Assembly (NCBI RefSeq): GCF_001194135.2
Contig: NC_068992.1
Location: forward strand, 33,423,715-33,487,714
Source: Octopus bimaculoides
Taxonomy: Eukaryota
Direction: 5' to 3'
DNA: 64,000 nt
Positions 12,292-23,637 of the stretch are shown piece after piece (position 1 is the stretch's first letter; each line of letters begins with the position of its first letter). Both the position numbers and the translations under genes were made by a program. Under the pieces are notes generated by a model. That model saw only the letters and a program-made list of their open reading frames with translations. It was not told where the DNA came from and searched no databases.

Positions 12292-12456
12292 TAACATCGA
12301 AAATACCTTAGAAATGAGAACCCAGGTTCGAAATTTCCCCAAGACACTTGAAGAAGGCTGGAGGGTATATCAGCCGAAAACTTTTGTTAACAACAAGCAA
12401 GATGAGGACAAATATCCGTTGAATGTAAATAATGTAAATAATCTAAATAATGCATA
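12292..12456 (+). repeat. Tail-only copy of the tRNA-SINE/HHR element
   Basis: AACATCGAAAATACCTTAG..GGCTGGAGGGTATATCAGCCGAAA..GAGGACAAATATCCG is the inverted homolog of 9590-9750. Confidence 0.85.
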
Positions 12457-12485
12457 AAATTTCTTTGATTAAAACAATTTCTAAC

Positions 12486-13506
12486 ATGGATGTATCCAAA
12501 GAGAATTTAAGGCACGTAACGCTTTATGAGTACAAAAAACGGAACTCTGCTGCCAAAGCAACTCAAAACATACACTCAGTTTATGAGAAAGAATGCTTGA
12601 AGGAAAGAACTTGCAGATGGTTTGAAAATTCAGAAGTGGAGATTTAAGCCTTGAAAATGAAGATTGAACAGGACGTCCAGTTGAGTTTGATGATAAGATC
12701 CTTGAGGCATTACTTGAAGAAAATCCTGCATTATCAGCTGAAGAATTGGCAATAAAGCTTAGTTCAAACCATACAACTGTTCATCATCTTCAACAACTTG
12801 GAAAGGTTCCTAAACTTGGAAAATGGGTGCCTCATGAATTGTCCGAAAGCAACTGCAAATCCCGAGTTGACATCTGCTCTTCTCTCCATTCTCACAAACT
12901 CATTTCACCCCTTTTGAGTAGACTTGTGACTGGTGATGAAAAATGGATCTTCCATCGAAATGTTATACATCGTAAACAGTGGCTTAGTAAAAGGGGAAAG
13001 CTCAACCACAACCGAGAAGGGAACTTCATTGGAAAAAGGTTCTTCTCTCAATCTGGTGGGATTGCAAAGGAGTAATTCCCTTTGAATTGATACCACCTAA
13101 TACAGCAATCAATGCACAAGTCTACTGTCAGCAATTAGAGCATTTGAACCAAGCTTTGAAGAAACAAAGACCCGCTTTAGTGAATCGAAAAGGAGTGATG
13201 TTTCATCAGGACAACGCGTGACCCCACACTGCAAAGATCACATCACAGAAGATCGAAGAGCTTGGTTGGGAAAAAATTCCTCATCCACCTTATTCTCCCA
13301 ACCTTGTTCCTTCAGACTACCATTTGTTTTGTAGTTTACAGAATCATCTGGGGGACATAACTTCCACAAGATAGGAGGAGGTCGAAATTGATATTTCAGA
13401 GTTCTTTTGCTTTGAAACCAAAAGAGTTTTGCATTGATGGAATTAAAAAGCTTGTAAATAGATGGAAGGAAGTCATAGATAATCAAGATAAGTACACTGA
13501 TGATTA
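12486..13506 (+). pseudogene. Mariner transposase pseudogene
   Basis: MDVSKENLRH..GKWVPHELS..VTGDEKWI..SIWWD..FHQDNA*PH..HPPYSP..SDYHLF; frameshifts and stops. Confidence 0.92.
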
Positions 13507-13810
13507 TATTTCAATTAAATATAACATTTGATCACTTGTTTTCATTATTCAAAATTCGGACAGAATTTATGGAATGACCTGATACTTCTCATGTCCCCTC
13601 ACTGATGAAATTATCTATTAAGATTAGTGCTTCCTAAACATACTGGTGTGCTGCAAGGTGTAAGCTAGGTGCACTGCAAAAATAATAACATTATATTAAA
13701 AAAAAATATGAAAAGTAGAAACTGAAATTCTAAATATTATGCTTTTGCAATTTTAATTCACTTACTAAATGAAGAAATAGATACACTGTAATTTTGTTTA
13801 TATTATGTTG

Positions 13811-13960
13811 GTTTCTAATTTTGGCACAAACCAGTAATTTTGGGGAAGGGGTTAAGTTAATTACAGTGACCCCAGGGCTCAACTGGCACTCATTTTATTG
13901 ACCCCAAAAGGATGAAAAGCAATGTTAGCTCTGGTGGAATCTGAATTCAGAACGTAAAAA
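13811..13960 (-). repeat. Family A SINE-like copy
   Basis: Reverse-complement similarity to 110-260 (TTTATTGACCCC..AGGATGAAAAGC..GAATCTGAATTCAGAAC). Confidence 0.65.
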
Positions 13961-14023
13961 TGGATGAAATGCCACTAAGCATTTCTGCTAACAATGCTGC
14001 CAGCTTGCTGCCTTTCTTTCTCT

Positions 14024-15250
14024 CATCATCATCATCGTCGTCGTTGTCGTCGTTTAACATCTCCTTTCCATGCTGGTATGGGTTAGACAGTTTGACTGAG
14101 GGCTGGTAAACCAGAAGGCTGCTCCAGGCTCCAATCCAATCTGGCAAAGTTTCTACACCTGGATGCCCTTGCTAACGCCAACCATTCCAAGAGTATAGTA
14201 GGTGCTTTTTTACAATCCACTAGCATGAGGGGCAACCAGGCGGTACTGGCATCGACAATGCTTGAATGGTGCCTTTTACATGCCACCAACATTGGTGCCA
14301 ATCAGGTAGTACTGTCATCAGCCACGACAACTTCACTTGCCTCAACAGGTCTTTGCAAGTGCAGTTTATTGCCCAATGATTGAAGGGTACTCTTAAATGG
14401 GCTTGCTGGGTCTTCTCAAGCACAGCACATCTCCAAAGGTCTCGGTCACTTGTCATTGCCTTGGTGAGGCCCAACATTCAAAGGTCATGCTTCACCACCT
14501 CATCCCAGGTCTTTCTGGGTCTACCTCTTCCACAGGTTCCCTCTACTGCTAAGGTGTGACACTTTTTCATACAGCTGTCCTCATCCATACACGACGCATG
14601 ACGATACCAGCTCAGTCGTCTCTCTTGCACACCAAATCTGATGCTTCTTGTGTCCAACTGTTCTCTCAAGGCACTTACACTCTGTCATGTATGCACACTG
14701 ATATTACACATTCATTGGAGCATACTAGCTTCATTCCTTCCAAGCTTACACATGCCCTCAAGAGTCACAGCCCATGTTTCACTGCCATGTAGCATGGCTG
14801 TTTGCACACATGCGTCATACAGTCTACCTTTTACCCTGTGCAAGAGGCGCTTGCCACCAGCTGAGGTAGGAGCTCTCTGAACTTTGCCCAGGCTACTCTT
14901 ATTCTAGCAGCTATGCTCTCAGAGCATCCACCCCCAGCTACTGACTTGGTTACCTAGGTAACGGAAGCTATCAACTACTTCTAGTTTTTCCCCCTGCAAT
15001 GTGACAGAAGCTGTTTTCTGCACATTTTCAGTGTTTATTGCTCCTGAGCATTTGCCACACACAAAAACTATCTTCCCAGTTAGCCTTCCTTTGCTATTGC
15101 TGCACCTCTTATGTGTCCATGGCTTACACCGGGTATATTTTATGGAGTTTCTTCCTATGCCTTTTCTAGAGATCAAGCAGGGTCATCTACCTAAAGAGAT
15201 TTGTGGTTTGTCTGCCTTCCTACTTATTAAGACTTAGGTTTTTGCAAGAT
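14024..15250 (-). mobile_element. RTE LINE, 5'-truncated
   Basis: (CAT)n tail, RTE 3'UTR, ORF2 remnants GRGRPRKTWDEVVKHDL, LEVVDSFRYLG and CKPWTHKRCS. Confidence 0.92.
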
Positions 15251-15621
15251 TGATTAGTTTATATTATTTATATTTATAGGGTAAAACTTTAAAGTACCAT
15301 TTTTTAAGTCAGGAAATGTGTCAAGGCCAACAGGAAGAGGTGCTTCCTAGGGTTAAATTGCAGTAGTATTCTTCTCTTTCACGGGACTGTCACATTAAGT
15401 TGACAACATACCACCACTTTATCGTATTACTACTGTATAAATCTCTCTGAGAGATTTAGAATGCATTATTTCATTTTCTAATTAGTCTAAACTACACGAC
15501 AGAGAAAAGAGTCTGATAATTGTTAATCTAGGTTATTTATCCTTTGTCCTTCATCTTGTACTGTAGCCATGTACTTCAAGGGTTCAGATGAGCAAAGTAC
15601 CCCAGTTCTTTTTTTTAAAGT

Positions 15622-15747
15622 CTTGTATTTATTCCATCAGTGTCTTCTTGCTGAACTGCTAAGTTACAGAGATGTAAACAAACCAACACCAGTTGTCAAG
15701 TGGTAGTGGGGATATCAAACACAAAGACACACATGCACATGCATGCA

Positions 15748-15801
<54 letters not shown>

Positions 15802-15945
15802 CACACAGAATGGGCTTCTTTCAGCTTCTATCTATTGCTCAGGGCTATAGTAGAAGACACTTGCCAAAGTGCCATAGAATGGGAGTGAACCAAGAACCAT
15901 GTGGTGGGGAAGAAAACTTCTTACCACACTGCCACACCAATGCCT
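15622..15945 (-). mobile_element. tRNA-derived (CORE-like) SINE with internal (CA)n
   Basis: Homologous to 25918-26340; minus-strand GGCATTGGTGTGGCAGTGTGGTAAG head and GGCACTTTGGCAAGTGTCTTCTACTATAGC. Confidence 0.8.
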
Positions 15946-16199
15946 AAAATAAATTCATACACACATACACACACACATATACACACATACCCACATGTAT
16001 GTTTATAGAATGAAGTATGGTAAAAAAGATATTGAACAGTATGATGAAGATAGGAGCTAACTCAGGAATATACTGTTTGAGGTAATGGGATAATGGAAGG
16101 GACATTTTTATGACCAACATTCATGTTGGCTTGAAGCAACTATAGGCACTTTCCCATTTTCCATCTATGTGTGTGGTGGTGGTGGTGGTGGGCCTGATG

Positions 16200-16760
16200 A
16201 AGCAGAGAGGAAATTTGGGGAGGAGATTTTACCAGAGTATATCTACTATGAAGTTGGATCTATTGGCAAAGTGGAGAAAATAGGTTTTTACAAAGTTTGT
16301 GGAGATTTTTTTTTTGCAAAGAACCAAACGGACTAAGTGCATTTTAGGAGACAGGAGTGCTTGTAGGCTGTGTGATGCATGAAGGAATCCTATACAGTTT
16401 GGATGTTGGTCTTGGAGGATTTATGATGATATGCAAGAGTTTTCTAGTTGGTAGAGGTGAGGGATTTCTTTCAAGGGTTGTTGGCTATTTTCAGTTGCTA
16501 AACTAAACTGCTGCAGTATAGCTAAGAATGAACCAAAGGAGGGATTGAGGTTTGAGAGTTTTGTTTAGTGGCATGTAGAAGGACATGTTGAAGAGGACGG
16601 TTTTAGTTACTTGCCTACTTGTTTCTAATGAGTCAGTAATGAAGCACATTAGATGCCACAGATAGTCAGCATAGAATCAACAAAGCTCAAAGCAGCCGGT
16701 TATGAGGTTTGGGAAAGGAGGAAGCAATGTGTTAAAGTGAATGCAGTGAGTGATAGTAAT
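16200..16760 (-). mobile_element. Possible highly decayed Penelope-like remnant
   Basis: Minus-strand fragments NRPLQH and KTLAYHHKS resemble the Penelope RT-EN linker; weak. Confidence 0.3.
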
Positions 16761-18479
16761 AAGGTTTGTTTAATACTAATGAAGTAGAGGGGAAAATATC
16801 TGGTGCATTTAGTTTTAGATTTTGGCATGTAGGAAAGTGTATAGCACGTTGGGACACAGTACACTTACATTGCTGTGAATCAAAGGTTTTCCATGTAAGG
16901 GACCCATGTGAACAGACTATGTCACAGAGATATTTTATGAAGTATTTAGATATGATTTCTTGTATAAAATCCTCAAATATACAATTTTGTAACATTTAAT
17001 GAATGTCTTAACTATTTTGGAATGTGCTGTCTTAGAATTTAGGATACTTTTTTCAAATATGCTGTGGATTATGCAAAAGAAAACCTCTTTATAACTTATA
17101 TTATCAAGAAGGAAAATATATATCAAGGTTTTCAAACAGACTTGCATGTTATAAAAGTTGGCAGATTTCCCTGTCATCCACTTAACAAATTGGAAACTGG
17201 AGTTAAGCACCAGCTGTGTGAATTCATATGATTTCAGGAAAATATATTCAATTTCCTGGTTTGTATTCAATCCATTATGGAAATCTAAAAATATGTTACC
17301 ATGTAAGAATATATAAGACTAAATAATTCCTTCAAATTACTGAGTGAAATCAGTTGGTGAAGGGAATTTACAATTGTTTTTCTATTTCCTCTCATTCCTC
17401 TGTATTTCCGTGCCATTTAATACAAATGTGTTTGGATGTTTGTTTGTGCACATGCATGCACATGTGTGTGTATATGTGCACATGTACACACACACACACA
17501 CACATATGTATATCTACACACATATACAAATTTTTTTTATAAATGCTTTATAAATTACACATTGCATACTACCTTTGACTGCTTCAGGATTTGATATTTC
17601 TTAGCTGAGTATGACCTTCACATCAGTGATCTGTTGCTATATAGTATAACACTGCCTATGATATTCCAGCTTAATGGGGCACATTCACATTTCTGCTCCC
17701 TTACTTTTCGAAATGAACTGGTCAAAAGAAATGTATAATTCTTCATATGCCTCAACCAGGAGAGTTTTAAATGCCTGGCTACAATGGTTTTTACATGTGC
17801 TTCAGGTTGGTCCCTTTTATTTCTATCAACACCATTAGAAGGTGCTTGTTTGTTGTCTACATTTGGAGAAGTGTGATAATAATACAATTCTTACTAAATA
17901 AAAAAAAATGGGGCTGCATCTGTTCAGCATCTGCATAGGTAGTTGTAATTGAGTACTGGTTCCTGACCTCATGTAACAATTCATTTAACAAATCAAACCA
18001 CCTTTAAAACTGTGGGCTGTATAGAGCTAATAGTTCAGTTATTTCATATGACACCAAAAGCCATACCATGGATGTAAGAAGAAAAGAACTGATAGAAATA
18101 TTTGAAGAATTCATTTTAAGCATCTTTGTTAGTACCAGTCTAACCATAGCTAATTTTCAGATTTTAGATACTATATGAACAAGAAGCCAAATGAGGGAAA
18201 CATCTACATATATTGCTAATAATTTCTAACAGTTCATTCTTGATTGAGAATCTCATAGGTGCTGCAAGCAGAATAATTCCCCAACTTAAAAGGACATTTT
18301 CAACAGAAATGATTCCTATTATAATGATGCGATAACAAGAAGTGGTTTTGCCTAAAATCATCTTATGTGTCTATAGCATGCTCTAAGTACACCATATGGA
18401 ATTTCTACCTACACTTTTTCTAGTTTTCAAGCATGGCCATTTCGCTGAAATGATTAGTAGTTTGTCAGCTTTGCTGCAT

Positions 18480-18504
18480 CTACATATATATATATTTATA
18501 TACA

Positions 18505-18580
<76 letters not shown>

Positions 18581-18596
18581 NNNNNNNNNNNNNNNN

Positions 18597-18639
<43 letters not shown>

Positions 18640-18967
18640 TATATACATACATGCATACACATATAAATACTTACATATCATTTACTGATTGCTTTCTATG
18701 CTGGCATGGTTTGGATGAGTATAATCAACTCCCAGGCAGAGAATTGAGTCCAGCCTGCTGAGTGAGAGGCAGGCACACTTATCACTTTACTACCAAGGAC
18801 CGGTATAAATATGTGTGTGTGTGTGTGTGTGTGTACGTGTGTGTGTGTGTGTCTGTGTGTGTGTCTGTCTGTGTGTATGTATGTATGTATGTATGTATGT
18901 ATGTATGTATGTATGTATGTATGTATGTATGTATGTATGTATATATATATATATATATATATATACA

Positions 18968-19036
<69 letters not shown>

Positions 19037-19048
19037 GCATATATACAT
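18480..19048. repeat. Compound microsatellite field (CA)n/(TA)n/(TATG)n
   Basis: Visible directly; includes a gap at 18581-18596 and an RTE-tail remnant at ~18680-18770. Confidence 0.9.
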
Positions 19049-19230
19049 AGAGGTGCAGGCGTGGTTGTGTGGTAAGAAGCTTGCTTCCCAACCACATTGT
19101 TTTGGGTTCAATCCTGATGTGTGGTACCTCAGACAAGTGTCTTCTACTATAGCCTTGGGCTGACCAAAGCTTTGTGAGTGGATTTGGTAGACAGAAACTG
19201 AAAGAAATCCATCACATATATATATGTGCA
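19049..19230 (+). mobile_element. CORE-like tRNA SINE, 5' half
   Basis: AGGTGCAGGCGTGGTTGTGTGGTAAGAAGCTTG..GGGTTCAATCC..CAAGTGTCTTCTACTATAGCC..GGTAGACAGAAACTGAAAGAA. Confidence 0.85.
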
Positions 19231-19347
19231 TGTATGTGTAATTATTAGATAATAAAACAAGCGGTTTATACATGGTAGCTTTTGCAGTGTTCATTATGTA
19301 TATGGTAGATGGAAGATACGAGAATTTTTATTAATCACAACAATTGT

Positions 19348-19834
19348 TTGGACACATCTAGCATTGGTCCCTCATGGGTGGAATACTTAACAGCTGGTTC
19401 AGGAGCATCCGAGAGTGCAGATGTGTCTGTTTGGGTGATAAGTAGATATAACTGGTTAAAATAACAATTCTACAACGTATCTTCTCGTTTCATGTAAAGA
19501 AAAGCAACAAATTAAAAGATATATCTTTATTTATATAGAAGATCAAAAATAAAATAACAGATGCAAAAAAGAAACAAAATCGCAAGTCTTTCCTTGCTGT
19601 ATTGCGAGTTTTTTTTTTTTTGGCATCTGTTATTTTATTATTGAGTTTCTATATTGAAGCTATATTCTTTAATTTGCTGCTTTCTTTACACAAAATAGAA
19701 GATACATTGCAAAACCGTTATTTTAACCAGTTACATTTACTTATCTCTCGAAGAGACACATCTCCACTGTCAGATGCTCCTGAACCAGCTGTTAAGCATC
19801 CCACCCATGATGGGTTGATGCTAGATGTATCCAA
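19348..19834. repeat. ~490-bp imperfect palindrome (fold-back)
   Basis: 19348-19585 aligns to the reverse complement of 19602-19834 along its full length; 16-nt spacer GTCTTTCCTTGCTGTA. Confidence 0.92.
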
Positions 19835-20149
19835 TTTTTAAAGGGAGGAGAGACAAAATTTTAGACAGGTTTGGGCTTAGAGGAGCATAACTTGAATAAA
19901 GTGAAGAAAAAGCGATAACTTGAATAAGGTAAAGAAAAAAATACATGAATAAGCATGAATTTAAGACAAAACAGAGATCGAGTGATGTTTACATGGAAAG
20001 AAATATATAGATAATAGAGAACGGACAGTGGGTGGGAGTACAGCAAGAAGGGATAATATATGAAAGTTAGAAAGATAAAAATTCTTGTATCTTCCATCTT
20101 CGTCTTTCACTTACTTTATATATATATGTATAGATCTATGTGCGTTTGT

Positions 20150-20350
20150 GTCTGTGTTTGTCCCCTCACTGTCACATGACAACTGATGTTGGGGTGTTTA
20201 CATCCCTGTAACTGAGTGATTCAGCAAAAGAAACTAGTAGAATAAGTACTCGGTTTACAAAGAATAAGGCCTAAGGTCAATTTCTTTGGCTAAACCCTTT
20301 AAGGCAGTGCTCCGATATGGCCACAGTCAAATGACTGAAACCAGTAAAGC
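20150..20350 (+). mobile_element. CORE-like SINE, 3' half
   Basis: Matches 34320-34520 (TGTGTTTGTCCCC..CAGCAAAAGA..AATAAGTAC..GGCCACAGTCAAATGACTGAAAC). Confidence 0.75.
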
Positions 20351-20657
20351 AATAAAAGAATATGTATACCTGTGCATGCATCTGTGGGTATGTGTGTGTG
20401 TGCTTGTGTGTACATACAGAGAAAGAGAGAGAAAAAAAGAGAGAGAAAGAGAGAGAAAAAAAAGAGAGAAAGAGAGAAAGGAGAAATATTGACTGATCAA
20501 GGGACTTAACTCATGCCCACTTAATGAACACTTCTATTCATTATTCTGTTATCCCATAGGAAAATTGTGTAATGGAAATTAAGAGCTATAAACACAACAC
20601 TTTTGTGGTCGGTGACTTAATGTTCTTCGTTTCTTAATTAAAATCATCCATATGGCG

Positions 20658-20916
20658 TTCATCTCTATTGCAAGCTCACTGATGAGGTTATCAAAGCCTA
20701 ACATATGTGATGATTCTTTCAGTCATCTTATCTTCCAGTGTTGTTCCAAATCCATTATCCTAACTTTGTTCCACAAAGATTATTGAATTCCCTTTTCCCT
20801 TCACAAATGATCAGCCATGCTGATTTTTCTGTCTCAACATGGTTTAGACAATTGAAAGAATCAACACATTTGCAAGGCTTTGATAACCTCCTCTGAAGAC
20901 CTAGTGTAAAGATGAA
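20658..20916. repeat. Inverted repeat carrying degenerate hammerhead-like motifs
   Basis: 20684-20721 versus 20853-20890 pairs at 34/38; weaker extension outward to TTCATCT/AGATGAA; CTGATGA begins at 20679. Confidence 0.85.
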
Positions 20917-21490
20917 TTCCATTTGGAATCATTAAGAAAGAAGGTACATTAAACCTACAACAATAAAAAAAGATGATAGGTTTAAAGCTCCTAATTTCCA
21001 TTACTGAATTGTCCAACAAACAAGACAATAGAATAATGAATGCAGCATTGATTAAATGTCAAATGTTGGGTACTGTTGTTTATTTAGTGGATGTGAGTTC
21101 GTTTCCTTGGTTACTCAATCTGTACATAATTCTTCAAGCTGACTATGCAAGTGGTATCAGTACAAGAATATATATGGTGTAGGCAATGAAAGGAAAACAA
21201 TATCCTCACTATGGGTTTTAATAAAAGGCTCAGTTTGTATTTAAGAAATGGAGTGTGTGTGCGTATGTCAGTGTGTTTGAGCATGTTTATACGTGTGTGT
21301 GTGTGTAAATTAAAAAGGGTGGCTTATTAGCAATTACAACCTAAAGGCAAAGTTAATAGTGGTAACAAAAGTGACAGAGGGTACTGACTAGCACCATGTT
21401 TACTAAAAATAAAAGTTAAAACAACTCAAAAGCCACAAAAGCACTGTCTTAATGACTAACAAAGGGAGGTAAGTTCCTGGCGAGGTGTAT

Positions 21491-21546
21491 ATTCAGATCG
21501 CAATTTCGGATTTTGATGTAGACCATCTTAATCCTCATCAGTGACT
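21491..21546 (-). ncRNA. Minimal type I hammerhead ribozyme, intact core
   Basis: Minus strand reads AGUCA CUGAUGA GGAUU-AA-GAUG-GUCUA-CAUC-AA-AAUCC GAAA U-UGCG-AUC UGAAU: core motifs, stem II (5+4 bp), short stem III, AUC cleavage triplet, stem I 4/5. Confidence 0.8.
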
Positions 21547-21788
21547 CCTAATGCCTAGGGTTAGACTCAAGTTTTTTTAACTCTTATTTTTAGTAAAAGC
21601 GCTGCTATTGAGTACCCTTTGTCACTTTTGTGACTTCTGCTAACTTTGCCTTTTGGTTCTAATTGCTAATAAACCACCCTTTTTAATATATTGTTTACAC
21701 TTTAACTGTTTCGAAAATCAATACATGCTTTCAACAGTTTTTCTTATAAGACTGACAGAGGTAGTTGAGTTTAACCCTATGCATCAAG

Positions 21789-21844
21789 AGTCGCTGATGA
21801 GGATTAAGATGGTCTGCATCAAAATCCAAAGTTGTGATCTGACT
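21789..21844 (+). ncRNA. Hammerhead ribozyme paralog with mutated core (GAAA>AAAG)
   Basis: AGUCG CUGAUGA GGAUU..AAUCC AAAG UUGUG AUC UGACU; stems I and II intact, G12 and A15.1 changed. Confidence 0.7.
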
Positions 21845-23362
21845 ATATGAGCTGGGAAATTACCTTCCTTTCTTAGTCATTAAGACAGTACTTTTGTGGC
21901 TTTTGAGTTGTTTTAACACTTATTTTTAGCAAAAGTGGTGCTAGTCAGTACCTTCTGTCACTTTTATGACCCCCCTCTCTCTCCCCTTCTACACACACAC
22001 ACACACACACGTACATANNNNNNNNNNNNNNNNNNNNNNNNNNNNNNNNNNNNNNNNNNNNNNNNNNNNNNNNNNNNNNNNNNNNNNNNNNNNNNNNNNN
22101 NNNNNATATATATATATATATACACAAGCATACTAACTCATATTTAAACATACACACATTCACTTACAAATATATGTTCACATCCAAAATATATATGGCT
22201 ATGATATACAAAGATGATAAAAATCAATTTTGAACATACAGGCACACTCATAGAATTGTTCATGCATGCAAACACACACTCACACACACACACAGATTCA
22301 CACACATATAGAAAAACACAGAAATAATCCTACATATATTTATATATATGCGTAAGTAGCAACTATGCACATAAAGATATATGCATACACATATAATGTT
22401 CCTTATTAGTGTTTTGAACACTAGGAAATAGTGTAATAAATTGGCTATAGTCATTATTTAAATTGACTGGTGTGGAAGAAACATCTACTTTCCAGGGGAG
22501 GAATTCAAATTAAGATTAGTCTTTTGAATATATAGAATTCAGTACACTACACTACAGCAGGAAATCCTAAATAGGTTGGCATAATGCCAGATAATTTCAT
22601 TAAAAGAAAATGATAATTCTTTGAGGAAATAGTTTTTCATTACATTAGGAAATTCTTCATTGCAGAAATAAAGAAAAACTATAGAGAACCTAAGAAGTAA
22701 TGATAGAGAGAAATAGAAGGGGAGAAAAGAGCAAGAGAAAAGAAAAGAAGACAAGAGAAAAAGAAAAAAAAGGGAATGAAAGGGGATTTGATGTTATATT
22801 ATTATGGTAGTACTTCAGCTGAACTCACAACTTAGTAAATCACTTGGTCACCATTGCCAGTCACTTTACCACGTATAAGTCCATATTAATTTTGTTGATG
22901 GTCTGTATTGTAGAATTTTGTTTAGCTTTCATTGACTGAGAGGTTAAAATTGACATTATAGATGCTAGTCATTAATATAACACAGATCAATATTCTGCTT
23001 CTTATCATCTTCTTCTGAGAGAGACTTTGAATCATTTGGTGGATACACAAAATTTATATGTAGAATATATGAGCAAATATGAAACAGTTATGAATAAGAA
23101 TATCAGTTTTATTGCTTGCTTCTTCTATTATCATTCCATTCACATTCGGGATGCATAATGGTCCTGTGACTTCCTTTTGTTGAATAATTCTGAGTTTGAA
23201 GAAAACATATTTTCAGTATATTAATGAATGTTCAAGTTCAGTATAGTTGTGAACTAACCAAGAATACCAGATCACATATGAAATATATACTTCTAACAAT
23301 ATTAAAACAAATTCATACAAGTACATTCAGTACAGAAATAACATATAACATGAAATAAGCTA

Positions 23363-23462
<100 letters not shown>

Positions 23463-23480
23463 CACATACATACACAAGTG

Positions 23481-23519
<39 letters not shown>

Positions 23520-23637
23520 TTATATGTGTTTTCTGTTTTTAATTATTATAAATCTTCCACTGAGAGGGAGCCATTTCCAACATAGATACAAGGCTCCATC
23601 TTTAGGATGTATGCATGTATGTATATATGTATGTATA

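Larger units (their letters stand above)
9398..13582 (+). mobile_element. Mariner (DD34D) element carrying a 2.9-kb nested insertion
   Basis: TIRs TCAGGTCATCCCATAAGTTCTGTCCGA (9398) and TCGGACAGAATTTATGGAATGACCTGA (ends 13582), 2 mismatches in 27; TA on both sides. Confidence 0.9.
21309..21970. mobile_element. Retrozyme/Penelope-terminal-like repeat: ~1.2 copies of a ~336-nt unit plus an abutting inverted partial copy
   Basis: 21573-21634 is repeated directly at 21910-21970; 21309-21420 is the reverse complement of 21573-21687; 21365-21570 is the reverse complement of 21765-21968; an HHR lies in each orientation. Confidence 0.8.

Noticed and set aside
17618-17887. 89-aa minus-strand ORF and alternative frame QAFKTLLVEAYEELYISFDQF with a GTAAGG donor
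   Set aside because: The acceptor lacks a polypyrimidine tract and the peptides are unrecognised.
18383-19294. Many long ORFs ([12 protein letters not shown] runs), also at 23.3, 30.1, 46.4, 48.7 and 54.7 kb
   Set aside because: Translations of microsatellites, not genes.
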